From an uncultured Gemmatimonadales bacterium (GTDB lineage Bacteria > Gemmatimonadota > Gemmatimonadetes > Gemmatimonadales > GWC2-71-9): DNA of 64,000 nucleotides. A program made the translations under genes and the position numbers. Below are positions 28,838 to 38,384 of this stretch, in pieces (positions within the stretch are counted from its first letter, which is position 1; each line of letters starts with the position of its first letter). The stretch covers positions 224,001 through 288,000 of the forward strand of contig CAWCFX010000001.1 of the NCBI GenBank assembly GCA_963795085.1, in the 5' to 3' direction. A model generated the notes under the pieces. The model saw nothing but the letters and a program-made list of their open reading frames with translations, made no database searches and was not told where the DNA came from.

Positions 28838-29682
28838 GCCCGCGGGCCAGGCGGCGGGCCACCGGGTTCAGCCTGGTCGAGCTTCTGGTGGCACTCGTGG
28901 TCGGCGTGCTGGTGGCGGGGATCGGCCTGCGGCTCCTGCTGCGGCAGCACTGGAGCGGCATGGCGCACGGCGATATCGCGGCGTTGCAGGGCTCGCTCCG
29001 GGCGGGCATGCTCTTTCTCTCGACCGAGCTCAGGGAACTCGGCGGCACGCCGGGCTCGGCGGATGTCCTGGCCTTCGCCCCCGAGTCCCTGACCTATCGC
29101 GCCATGCGAAGCACCGGCCTCAGCTGCCAGCGCTCCGCCAACCTGGTGCTCCTCGACAGCGCTTCTCTGGCGGGCTACCGGGCCATCCAGGCGGGCCGGG
29201 ACAGCCTGCTGGTGCACCGGGAGAACCAGGCCGCCACCCCGGCCGACGATGCCTGGCTGGGGCTGCCGGTGATCTCGGTGGGAGCGGCCGCGTGCGGGGC
29301 ATCGCCGGCGCTGGCAATCACGACCGTGCTGGACACCGTCTCCTCCCGTCCGGCGGCCTTCGCCCCGCTGGCTCCGGTCCGCAGCTACGAGGTCATGCAG
29401 GTCAAGCTGTACCAGTCCGCCGGCGACTACTGGCTCGGCGCCCGGTCGGTCTCCGCCGGCGAGACGATCCAGCCGGTGATCGGGCCGCTCTCGTCAGCCG
29501 GCCTCCAGCTTACCTACTTCGACTCGGCCGGGAGCCCGGCGGCCACCGCCGAAACGATCCGGCGCATCGGGATTACCCTGCGGGCGATGAGTGGCTCACC
29601 GGTCCGGCCGCTGGGCGGCGGAGGTCCGGCGGTTCGCCGCGTGGACAGCCTCCTGACCACGGTCACCCTGCGCAACTGGTGA
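28828..29682 (+). CDS. Minor type IV pilin, PilW-like
   Basis: RRATG|FSLVELLVALVVG; ends TTVTLRNW. Confidence 0.8.
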   Translation: MPVSPRARRRATGFSLVELLVALVVGVLVAGIGLRLLLRQHWSGMAHGDIAALQGSLRAGMLFLSTELRELGGTPGSADVLAFAPESLTYRAMRSTGLSCQRSANLVLLDSASLAGYRAIQAGRDSLLVHRENQAATPADDAWLGLPVISVGAAACGASPALAITTVLDTVSSRPAAFAPLAPVRSYEVMQVKLYQSAGDYWLGARSVSAGETIQPVIGPLSSAGLQLTYFDSAGSPAATAETIRRIGITLRAMSGSPVRPLGGGGPAVRRVDSLLTTVTLRNW

Positions 29683-29686
29683 CGAC

Positions 29687-30851
29687 ATGGTCGCCCACCG
29701 CACGCAACCGCACCCATCCCGCCGTCGGGGGAGCGCACAGGAGGGATATGCTCTTCCGCTCATGCTCGCCGTCCTCGCGGTGGGCAGCATTCTCGCCGCC
29801 GCGGGGTTTCTCCTGGCCCGGCTGGAAGTCCAGTCGGGGCAGAATGCCCTGAGCTCCGCCCGGGCGTTCCTGGCCGCCGAATCGGGACTGGCGGAAATCA
29901 CCGCATGGTGGGACCCGGCGGGCCACAACCAGCTGGCCGTGGGCGCCACCGTGACCCTGCCAACCCGCACCCTGCCGCGCGGAGGCTACGTCGGAACAAT
30001 CACGCGGCTCAGCGCCGCCCTCTTCATGGTGGAATCTTCGGGCTGGTACCAGCCCGCGGCGAATCTCCCTCCGGCCCGGCGGGCGCTCCGGGCCGTGGTC
30101 CGGCTGGACCAGGTGATGAACGCCCCCCGGGCGGCTCTGACCGTGATTGACACCGTCGCGTGGGATGGTGTCTCCCTGGTCGAAGGCCAGGATACGATTC
30201 CGCCCGGGTGGAGTAGTCTGTGCCAGGCCGATACCGCGGTAGCCGGACTGGCCCGCGCGCCCGGCACCGCGCTGTCCCCACCGCCCTGCCCGGGGTGCAC
30301 GTCGGGGTGCTCCTTCCACCCTGGTGGACTCCACCCTCGGCGCGGTGACACTGACGGGGGCCGGGACCGGCGGGTATGCCGCGCTGTCGGGTCGGGCCAT
30401 GATCAGGGTGAGCGGAACGGTTGGCCCGGTGGGGCCCCGGGTGGGCGGGTTGCCTGCGTCCTGCGTTTCGGGCGACTCACTCAACTGGGGAGAGCCCCAG
30501 CGAAGCGGTCCATTCGCCGCCTGTGCCGGCTACGCGCCGCTCATCCACTCGCCGGGAGACCTGGTCCTCACCGGCGGCCGAGGCCAGGGAACTCTGCTGG
30601 TGGACGGCGACCTGGTCCTTGGAGGCGGGTTCGAATTCCTGGGGTCGGCCGTTGTCCTGGGCACCTTTCGAAACGGGCCCGGTGGTGGCCGGATGGTCGG
30701 CTCCCTGCTGGCCCGTTCTGTCCGCCTGGACCCCTCCCTCCCCGCCTCCCCGGTTTCGCTGCACTACTCGGCCTGTGTCTTGCCTTTTACCGACCGTGGT
30801 TCTTCGCTGGCCTTGCCCCTGTCGCACCGTCACTGGGCTCAAAGTTTCTGA
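29687..30851 (+). pseudogene. PilX-like minor pilin split by a +1 frameshift (or sequencing error)
   Basis: QEG|YALPLMLAVL (no Glu5, as in PilX), ARAFLAAESGL; removing one G from GGGG at 30304-30307 joins it to GAPSTLVDSTL...GQGTLLVDGDLVLGGGFEFLG. Confidence 0.75.
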
Positions 30852-31247
30852 AACCAGCCTCGCAGGGGCCCTGGCGCCCCATCCGTCCCGGGCGCTGTCT
30901 TGCGAAATGCTGGGAAAACTGCACCGTGCTGCCGAGAAGGCCCCGATCCGGGGGATTCGGCCGGGCTCCGGGGTTGAGGGGTAAGCCAGCAGGACGGCGC
31001 ATTCGACCGGCGAAGCGAGGGTTTTGCTCGTGCACTCTGCTTCAGGTATTGCGAGGTGCAGGGCGAGAAGGTGGAGAAACGGAGCATGAGCTAATGTGAG
31101 CGCACACTCACGGACTGGGCGAGATTTTTCGGCATGGAGTCCGCAGGGCTGCAGGGCCTCGGAAGACTTTCCAACTAGGTTTATCTGAAACCTGTAAGTA
31201 ATTAGACAGAAACAGCTTGTTAGCGCTCACCTCAAGCAAGTTTGAGC

Positions 31248-31276
31248 TTGACAAAAAAACGGGCGTGTGGTAGCGT
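31248..31276 (+). promoter_or_regulatory. Sigma70-type promoter of the pilM operon
   Basis: TTGACA-17 bp-TAGCGT with an extended -10 TG. Confidence 0.65.
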
Positions 31277-31311
31277 AGCCTACCCAACTATCCATAAACC
31301 TGCGGAATCGT

Positions 31312-32355
31312 ATGGCTCTCTTCGGTCGGAAACGGACCACAATTGGCCTGGATATCGGTAGCGGGCTTATCAAGCTCGTGGCGATTTCGCATGGCTCCGG
31401 CGAACCGGTCCTGACCAAGGTCGCGCTGACGACCGTGGTGGACGATGCGATCGTCGAGGGCGAGGTCATGGATACCGGTATCGTGGCGGAAGCGATCCGG
31501 GGCCTGATGCAGTCGGCCGGGATCAAGACCAAGAATGTCGTCATCGCGGTCGGCGGCCGCGATGTGATCATCAAGAAGATCGCGATGGAGCGGGTCAAGG
31601 AGGCCGAGGCGCGGCAGCTGATCCGCTGGGAGGCGGAGCAGCACGTGCCCTTCGATATGGAGAACGTGGAGCTGGATTTCCAGATCCTCGACCCCGAGGG
31701 CGATGGCCTCCAGATGAACGTGCTCCTGGTGGCGGCCAAGCGGGAGCTGGTGGAGAACAAGCTGGCGCTGCTGTCCCAGGCGGGCCTCAACGCCTCGATT
31801 ATCGACGTGGATGCCTTCGCGCTCCACAATGCCTTTCAGCTGAATCATCCCGATGCGATGCACGGCGTCGTCGGCCTGGTGAACCTGGGGCACGAGACCA
31901 CCAACATCAACATCATGGAAGATGGCGTCCCGGTCCTGACCCGGGACCTGCCGCTGGGCACTCGCCGGTTCCGTGAGGATCTCCAGCGCGAGCGGGGCCT
32001 GTCGGCGGAGGACGCGGACAAGCTGTTACAGGGCTTCGAACGGAGCGAGGTGCTGGAACCGTTCCTGGAGACCCGGGGCGAGGAGCTGGCGGTCGGCATC
32101 GAGCGGGCGGCGGCGTTTCTCCAGTCGGCCAGCCGGTCGGCGGGGGGCGTGGCCCGGCTCTATACCACGGGCGGCGGTTCCCGGATACCCGGACTCAACC
32201 GGGTGCTGGCCGACCGTCTGCGGTTGCCGGTCCAGCAGGCCAACCCGATCGAGCGGCTCCAGGTTGCCGAAGACGTGCTCTCGACTCTCAACCCGGACGA
32301 AGTGGGACCGTTGCTGATGTTGCCGATCGGTCTCGCTCTCCGTTCCGCCGCGTGA
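31312..32355 (+). CDS. pilM: Type IV pilus assembly protein PilM
   Basis: IGLDIGSGLIK actin-like motif, EAEQHVPFD, VLLVAAK, TGGGSRIPGL. Confidence 0.93.
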   Translation: MALFGRKRTTIGLDIGSGLIKLVAISHGSGEPVLTKVALTTVVDDAIVEGEVMDTGIVAEAIRGLMQSAGIKTKNVVIAVGGRDVIIKKIAMERVKEAEARQLIRWEAEQHVPFDMENVELDFQILDPEGDGLQMNVLLVAAKRELVENKLALLSQAGLNASIIDVDAFALHNAFQLNHPDAMHGVVGLVNLGHETTNINIMEDGVPVLTRDLPLGTRRFREDLQRERGLSAEDADKLLQGFERSEVLEPFLETRGEELAVGIERAAAFLQSASRSAGGVARLYTTGGGSRIPGLNRVLADRLRLPVQQANPIERLQVAEDVLSTLNPDEVGPLLMLPIGLALRSAA

Positions 32356-32374
32356 CCCGCGAGGTCCATATCGC

Positions 32375-33052
32375 ATGATAAAGATCAACCTGCTACCCGG
32401 CGCCAAACGGAAACGATCCGGCTCCATCAAGGACGTGATCGTAGGCCGTGCGCGCGACCTGGGGGCCAAGGTGAAGGACCCGGTGCTGATCGTGGCCGTG
32501 GCCGCATGGCTCCTCGCCATCGCGTTCGTGGCCTACGGGTATCTCAGCAACTCGTCGCGGATGCGCGACCTGGAGCCCCGGCTGGAGCAGGCCCGGGACG
32601 AGCACCGGCGGTACAAGAACCTGATGACCGAAAAGCGAAAGACCGAGACCATCCGGGATTCGCTGCTGGCCCAGATCAGCGTGATCCGCGGGGTGGATGG
32701 CGACCGCTATACCTGGCCCCACGTGCTGGACGAAGTGGCCAAGGCGTTGCCGGCCTACACCTGGCTGGTGGACCTGAGCGTGGTCACGTCCGCCGCCGTC
32801 ACCGATTCGGCCGATTCCGCCGCACCGGTCATGCAGTTCCAGATCGGCGGCCGCACGGTGGACATCCAGGCCTACACCCGGTTCCTGCGCCAGCTGGAGG
32901 CTTCGCCCTGGATCATGAACGTGACGCCGATGCAGGCGCAGACGGTGGTCGAGAAGGAGCGGGCGGTGACCGCCTTTACCATTCGCGCGACCTTTAACCG
33001 GGCCGATTCGGCCTATATCCGCACCGTGCCCATGTCCCAGTCGGTGAGATAG
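32375..33052 (+). CDS. pilN: Type IV pilus assembly protein PilN
   Basis: MIKINLLP motif, TM segment, coiled coil; operon position. Confidence 0.9.
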   Translation: MIKINLLPGAKRKRSGSIKDVIVGRARDLGAKVKDPVLIVAVAAWLLAIAFVAYGYLSNSSRMRDLEPRLEQARDEHRRYKNLMTEKRKTETIRDSLLAQISVIRGVDGDRYTWPHVLDEVAKALPAYTWLVDLSVVTSAAVTDSADSAAPVMQFQIGGRTVDIQAYTRFLRQLEASPWIMNVTPMQAQTVVEKERAVTAFTIRATFNRADSAYIRTVPMSQSVR

Positions 33053-33054
33053 CC

Positions 33055-33678
33055 ATGGCCATCTTCGGCATGCAGAACCCCGGCCCGGCCGTCGCGATCC
33101 TCCTCGCCGGCGCGGTCGCCTACGTGGCCTACGAAGGCAATTCGATGATCGGGGTGGACGGCATCCGGGCCGGGAAGGAGCGGGCCGCGGTGGTCGAGGA
33201 CTCCATCACCGCCCTGCAGGCGGAGACCGACAGCGCCCGCCAGCAGCTGGCGCAGGGCACCATGGACGATCTCCGCCGGCGGCTGGACAACTACCGGGTG
33301 AGCCTGGAACTGATGCGCCGGCTGGTGCCGGAGCGGAACGAAGTCCCCAACCTGCTGGACGCCATTTCGACCCGGGCCCGCATCCGGGGGGTGACCCTCT
33401 CCAACGTGGCGCCCATCTCGGTGACGCCGGGGCCGGTGCCCTTCGAGACCCAGCTCTACCAGATCTCGGTGATGGGCCGCTACGACCGGATCGGGGAGTT
33501 CCTCGCCGACGTGGCCAGCCTGGAGCGGATCATCGTGCCTTACGATCTGCGCCTGGCCGAAGCGCCGGACCAGGCCGCCAAGGCGCTGGGCGACAGCACC
33601 GGCTCCATGCTGGAGGCGCGCTTCCAGATCCGCACCTACGTCAAGACCGGCAACACGGAGGCCGCCAGTGGCACGTAA
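33055..33678 (+). CDS. pilO: Type IV pilus assembly protein PilO
   Basis: LVP..NEVPNLL..IS; GRYDRIGEFLADVASLERI. Confidence 0.88.
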   Translation: MAIFGMQNPGPAVAILLAGAVAYVAYEGNSMIGVDGIRAGKERAAVVEDSITALQAETDSARQQLAQGTMDDLRRRLDNYRVSLELMRRLVPERNEVPNLLDAISTRARIRGVTLSNVAPISVTPGPVPFETQLYQISVMGRYDRIGEFLADVASLERIIVPYDLRLAEAPDQAAKALGDSTGSMLEARFQIRTYVKTGNTEAASGT

Positions 33679-34540
33679 CTACCTGACGGCGTTCCTGCTC
33701 GCCGGCCTGGTCCTGGGCGGTTGCGGCAAAAAGGACGATGCCGCCGACCAGCCCGTCGATCTCGCCGCGCTCCGCGCCAAGCGGGACAGCGTGGCCAGGG
33801 TCAAGGCCCGGGCCGATTCCATCGCGCTGGTCCGCTATACCGCCTGTTCCGATTCCGTGGTGACGGCGCTCAACCGCACCAGCGCCGGCCGCCGCGCCGT
33901 GAGCCGGGCTACCACCGCCGGCACGCCGTTGCCCGAGGTGGTCCAGGGCTGTGGCCAGGCGCCCAGCGTCGCCCCGGCCCAGGTGGCGGTCGAGGACACC
34001 ACCCGGCCGGCGGCGGTCCCGGCGGCCGCTCCGGCCCCCGCCGGCCTGACCCCCCAGCAGCGCCAGGTGGCGCGGGCCGACTCGATCCGCAAGGCACGGG
34101 AGCAGGCCCGGGCGGACTCGCTGCGCCGCTCCGCCGAAATGGCCCAGGCCGATTCAGTGGCCCGGCTGGCTCGCGACTCGGCTCGCAGCGATTCGCTCCG
34201 CCAGTCCCGGGAGACCGAAGTGTTGCGGGAGACTTTTACCTACAGCGGCGCCAGCCGGGACCCGTTCGTCTCGCTGATTGACCTGCCGAGCGAAGGGCCG
34301 GAGTTCATCAACCTGCAGCTGGTGGCCATTTACCAGGACCTGCGGTACGCCGGAAACAGCATTGCCGTGGTGCGGGACAAAGGTGCCAACAAGCGCTACA
34401 GCGTCCGGGTAGGCGACCGGATCGGGCGGCTCAAGATCGCCCAGATTCGCCAGCGCGACGTCGTATTCACCATTGAAGATCTTGGCTTCGAGCGCCAGGA
34501 AACGCTGTCTCTGCGAAGGCAGGAGGAGCAGACCCCATGA
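33668..34540 (+). CDS. PilP-like lipoprotein with a long ADS-repeat helical linker
   Basis: Lipobox LGGC; YSGASRDPF; VRVGDRIG; lies between pilO and pilQ. Confidence 0.75.
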   Translation: MARNYLTAFLLAGLVLGGCGKKDDAADQPVDLAALRAKRDSVARVKARADSIALVRYTACSDSVVTALNRTSAGRRAVSRATTAGTPLPEVVQGCGQAPSVAPAQVAVEDTTRPAAVPAAAPAPAGLTPQQRQVARADSIRKAREQARADSLRRSAEMAQADSVARLARDSARSDSLRQSRETEVLRETFTYSGASRDPFVSLIDLPSEGPEFINLQLVAIYQDLRYAGNSIAVVRDKGANKRYSVRVGDRIGRLKIAQIRQRDVVFTIEDLGFERQETLSLRRQEEQTP

Positions 34541-36291
34541 GCCGTATCCGAAGCTTCCTCGTCGCCGGCCTGGTCGTGCTGGCCCCGATCCGGCCGGAGG
34601 CCGGTCCCTCTACCGCCGGTGAAGTCACCAGCATCAGCGTGGTCCCCTCGCCGGGACGCGCCGAGGTGGTGGTGAATATCCGCGGCGCGGTGGATGTCGA
34701 GGACTTCGTCCTCAGCAATCCGGCCCGGCTGGTGGTGGACGTGAAAAACGCCCGGCTCCAGCACAGCGGATCCTCCTACGACGGCGTCAATCGCGGCGGC
34801 ATCCTGAACGTCCGGCTGGGCCAGTACCAGCCCTCGGTCGTGCGGATCGTCATCGAGCTGACCGAACTCAAGGACTACACGGTGGACCAGACCGGCGAGT
34901 CGATCCGGGTGTCGTTCGGCGCCGAGCGGTCGTTCCTGACCTGGTCCTCGACCGCGCCGGCCGACCTGCTGCCGCCGGTCCCGATGCGGGTCTCCCGTCC
35001 CGAAGTGGCTCCCCCGTCAGAGCGGCTGGAGACGGTCCCCTCGGCGCAGGAGCCCCGGATCACGGTCACCTGGGACAATGCCGATATCTCCGACGTCATC
35101 GCCGGCTTCTCCGCCTTCAGCGGCCGTACCATCATCCTCGGCAAGGACATCACCGGCAAGGTGACCGCCGAGATCAAGAACCAGCCCTGGCCGCAGGCCT
35201 TTGCCGCCATTCTCATTGCCCAGGGCCTTTCCGCGACTGAAATGCCCGGCGGCATCATCCGGGTGGATTCGCCCCGCGCCCTGGCCGCGCTCGATTCGGT
35301 CGAGCCGACCCGGACCGTGGTGGTCCGGATCAACTACGCCCGGGCCGACGGCCTGGCCAAGAGCATCGTCGGCATCCTGACCAAGAACCGCGGCAGCGTG
35401 GTCCCCGATACGACCACCAACTCGCTCATCATCACCGACGTCAGTTCCCGGGTCGCCGAGATCGAGCGGTTCGCGCGGGGCCTGGACATCCGCACGCCCC
35501 AGGTGTCCATCCAGGCGAAGATCATCTTCGTGGACCGGACCGACCTGCAGCAGCTGGGCATCAAGTACGACCTGGGCGACGGCGACGCGTTCTTCAACAA
35601 GATCTTCCAGCGGACCGACCCGGCGACCGGTGACCCCTACGACAAGAACGCGGTGATCCTGAACGGAAACAGCGTGGCGGGGATCGCCAACGCCGACGCC
35701 CTGATTCCGGGCTCCGCGCTGGACGTGATCTTCCGGACCTCGGTCGGCGGGTTCAGCCTGGCCACCTTCCTGAGCGCGCTGCAGCGGGTGGACCTGGCCG
35801 ACGTGCAGGCCGAGCCGACCATCAGCACGCTGGACAACCACGAGGCCGATATCCTGGTCGGTGAAGAGACGCCGATCCGGGTCGTGGACCTGAGCGCGCA
35901 GGGCGGCGCCGACCAGGCCCCGCGGGCCACGGTGGAATTCAAGGAAACCGGCATCCGGCTGACGGTGACGCCGCACGTGACCAACAACCGGCAGATCCTG
36001 ATGGAGCTCGCCACCGAGCGCTCGGCGGTGCAGCCGCTGGCCGCCGCCGACCTGGGATTCAACTTCACCAAGCAGACCGCCCGGAACCGCCTGCTGGTCA
36101 ACGACGGCGAGACCGCGGTGATCGGCGGGCTGACGGTGACCGAAGTCAACCGGTCCAAGACGGGGATTCCCCTGCTCGTGGATCTGCCCATCATCGGCAA
36201 GCTGTTCGGGTTCAGCACCGACCAGGAACGGCGGCGCGACCTGATCATCCTGGTCACTCCGCACATCATCGACGACGGTGCCCAGCCCTGA
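34537..36291 (+). CDS. pilQ: Type IV pilus secretin PilQ (AMIN + secretin)
   Basis: AMIN (NPARLVVD), QVSIQAKI, FKETGIRLTVTPHV, GETAVIGGL, GIPLL.DLPIIGKLF, LIILVTPHII. Confidence 0.92.
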   Translation: MSRIRSFLVAGLVVLAPIRPEAGPSTAGEVTSISVVPSPGRAEVVVNIRGAVDVEDFVLSNPARLVVDVKNARLQHSGSSYDGVNRGGILNVRLGQYQPSVVRIVIELTELKDYTVDQTGESIRVSFGAERSFLTWSSTAPADLLPPVPMRVSRPEVAPPSERLETVPSAQEPRITVTWDNADISDVIAGFSAFSGRTIILGKDITGKVTAEIKNQPWPQAFAAILIAQGLSATEMPGGIIRVDSPRALAALDSVEPTRTVVVRINYARADGLAKSIVGILTKNRGSVVPDTTTNSLIITDVSSRVAEIERFARGLDIRTPQVSIQAKIIFVDRTDLQQLGIKYDLGDGDAFFNKIFQRTDPATGDPYDKNAVILNGNSVAGIANADALIPGSALDVIFRTSVGGFSLATFLSALQRVDLADVQAEPTISTLDNHEADILVGEETPIRVVDLSAQGGADQAPRATVEFKETGIRLTVTPHVTNNRQILMELATERSAVQPLAAADLGFNFTKQTARNRLLVNDGETAVIGGLTVTEVNRSKTGIPLLVDLPIIGKLFGFSTDQERRRDLIILVTPHIIDDGAQP

Positions 36292-36435
36292 GGCTCTTGC
36301 CCGGCAGCCGAATCACCTGTGAGCCCGACAGCTTGTCGGGCTCGCTCGTTTCAGGCCAATCCGGTCCGGCGGCGCCATGAACCTTGTTCCCGGCCGTTCC
36401 GGCGGATTACACTGCCATCACATGGACATCCTGAT

Positions 36436-37665
36436 TTGAGACTGCGTTTTCTGACGGCGGGTGAATCCCACGGCAAGGCCCTCTCGGTCATCGTGGAAGG
36501 GCTCCCGGCCGGTGTGCCGGTGACCGCCGAGTACGTGAACCACCAGTTGCACCGCCGGATGCAGGGCCATGGGCGGGGGGCCCGCATGAAGATCGAGGCG
36601 GACCAGGTGGAGTGGGTGGCCGGCATTCGGGGCGGCGAGACGCTGGGGTCGCCGGTCGCCTTGCTCATTCACAACCGCGATTGGGCCAACTGGGAAGACG
36701 TCATGGCGGCGGAAGGCTCGCCCGGCGCCGCCCGGCGGCGGAAGGTGACCCGGCCCCGGCCCGGCCACGCCGACCTGGTCGGGGTGCTCAAGTATGAGCG
36801 GCAGGATGCCCGCGATATCCTGGAACGGGCCAGTGCCCGGGAGACCGCGGCCCGGGTCGCGGCCGGGGCCCTGGCGCGGCGGCTGCTCGAGGAGTTCGGG
36901 ATCTCGGTCGGCAGCCACGTCGTCTCGCTCGGCGGAATCCGGACCGACCCGCCGGCTCCGCTCCCTCAGCCTCTCAACCCGGTGGCCGACAGCTCGGCGA
37001 TCCGCGTCGTAAACCGGGAGCGGGAAGCCGCGATCATCGAACGGATCGACGCCGCCAGCAAGGCTGGCGATACCCTGGGGGGCGAGGTGGAGATCGTGGC
37101 CAACGGGCTGCCCCTGGGGCTGGGAAGCCACGTCTCGTGGGACCGGAAACTGGACGGCCGGCTGGCCGGCATGCTGATGTCCATCCCCGCCATCAAGGGC
37201 GTGGAGATCGGGCTGGGCATGGAGGCCGCGCGACGCCCCGGCAGCCTGGTCCACGACCCGATCCTGGCCGACGCCCGGGAGGGTGGTCCCTCTCCCCGCG
37301 GCGGGTTTCGCCGGGAGACAAACCACGCCGGCGGGCTCGAAGGCGGCATGACGACCGGGGAGCCGCTGGTGGTTCGCATCGCGATGAAGCCGATCTCGAC
37401 GCTGATGTCGCCGTTGCGGACGGTGAGTCTCGAAACCGGCGAGGCCGCCCTGGCCCAGAGCGAACGGTCCGATGTCACGGCGGTGCCGGCGGCCGGCGTC
37501 ATCGGCGAGGCGGTGGTCGCCCTGGTCCTCGCCGATGCGATGCTGGAAAAGTTCGGAGGCGATTCTCTCGCCGAGATGCGGCGAAATGTCGAGGGCTACC
37601 TGCGGTCGCTCGACGCGCGCTGGGAGCAGGTGCAACGGGGTCCCCAACCGGAGGAGGGCGCATGA
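36436..37665 (+). CDS. aroC: Chorismate synthase
   Basis: RFLTAGESHG, RPGHAD, ERASARETAARV, MKPISTL, ERSDV. Confidence 0.95.
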   Translation: MRLRFLTAGESHGKALSVIVEGLPAGVPVTAEYVNHQLHRRMQGHGRGARMKIEADQVEWVAGIRGGETLGSPVALLIHNRDWANWEDVMAAEGSPGAARRRKVTRPRPGHADLVGVLKYERQDARDILERASARETAARVAAGALARRLLEEFGISVGSHVVSLGGIRTDPPAPLPQPLNPVADSSAIRVVNREREAAIIERIDAASKAGDTLGGEVEIVANGLPLGLGSHVSWDRKLDGRLAGMLMSIPAIKGVEIGLGMEAARRPGSLVHDPILADAREGGPSPRGGFRRETNHAGGLEGGMTTGEPLVVRIAMKPISTLMSPLRTVSLETGEAALAQSERSDVTAVPAAGVIGEAVVALVLADAMLEKFGGDSLAEMRRNVEGYLRSLDARWEQVQRGPQPEEGA

Positions 37666-38189
37666 AGCGGCACATTCTCCTGGTTGGCTTGCCGGGCAGC
37701 GGCAAGACCACCATCGGCCGGCTGGTTGCGGATAGACTCGGAACCGGTTTCATCGACACCGACATGGTCATCGTCCGTAAGATGCAGATGCCCATTGCCC
37801 GGATTTTCGCCATCCACGGAGAGGCGAGGTTCCGGGAGCTGGAGCGGGAGACCATGGCGCACGCCCTGGAGGGGCCCGCCTGCGTGCTGGCGCCGGGTGG
37901 CGGCTGGGCGGTGCAGCCGGGCCAGCTGGATGGGGCGCTCCAGAACAGTTTCGTGGTCTATATCAAGACCATGGCGATGACGGCGGCCAAGCGGGCCGGC
38001 GGCGACAACGCCCGTCCGGTGCTCGCCGGGGAGGACCCCATGGAGCAGATGCGCAACCTGCTCCAGGAGCGGGAGCCGTTCTATAGCCGGGCTGACGCGG
38101 AGATCAAGAATGACGTCAAGACGGCGGAGGCGGCGGCCGACGAGATCGTGGAACTGGTGCGGGAAAAGGCCGGGTGGGGCGATAACTGA
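37662..38189 (+). CDS. aroK: Shikimate kinase
   Basis: GLPGSGKTT, GEARFRELE, GGG, RP.L, REPFY. Confidence 0.92.
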   Translation: MKRHILLVGLPGSGKTTIGRLVADRLGTGFIDTDMVIVRKMQMPIARIFAIHGEARFRELERETMAHALEGPACVLAPGGGWAVQPGQLDGALQNSFVVYIKTMAMTAAKRAGGDNARPVLAGEDPMEQMRNLLQEREPFYSRADAEIKNDVKTAEAAADEIVELVREKAGWGDN

Positions 38190-38384
38190 CGGGACAGGAG
38201 ACGAGTGACGGGGGCATGACTGGCCCACGCCAGGTGCCGGCGCCCTTTCGCTTTTCACACCGCTGTAAGGTGTTATCAGGCAGCAGGTTGGATTGACCAG
38301 CCTTGCTTATCCCGCGTCCAGCGGGTTTTTTGTACGGCAGACGTTTGCGACCTGGTTGACCCCGGAAGCGTACAATTCGAGCCC

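Noticed and set aside
31129..31146. Possible sigma54 site upstream of pilM (CGGCATGGAGTCCGC)
   Set aside because: GG-N10-GC spacing fits but TTGC is absent, and a better sigma70-type promoter lies closer to pilM
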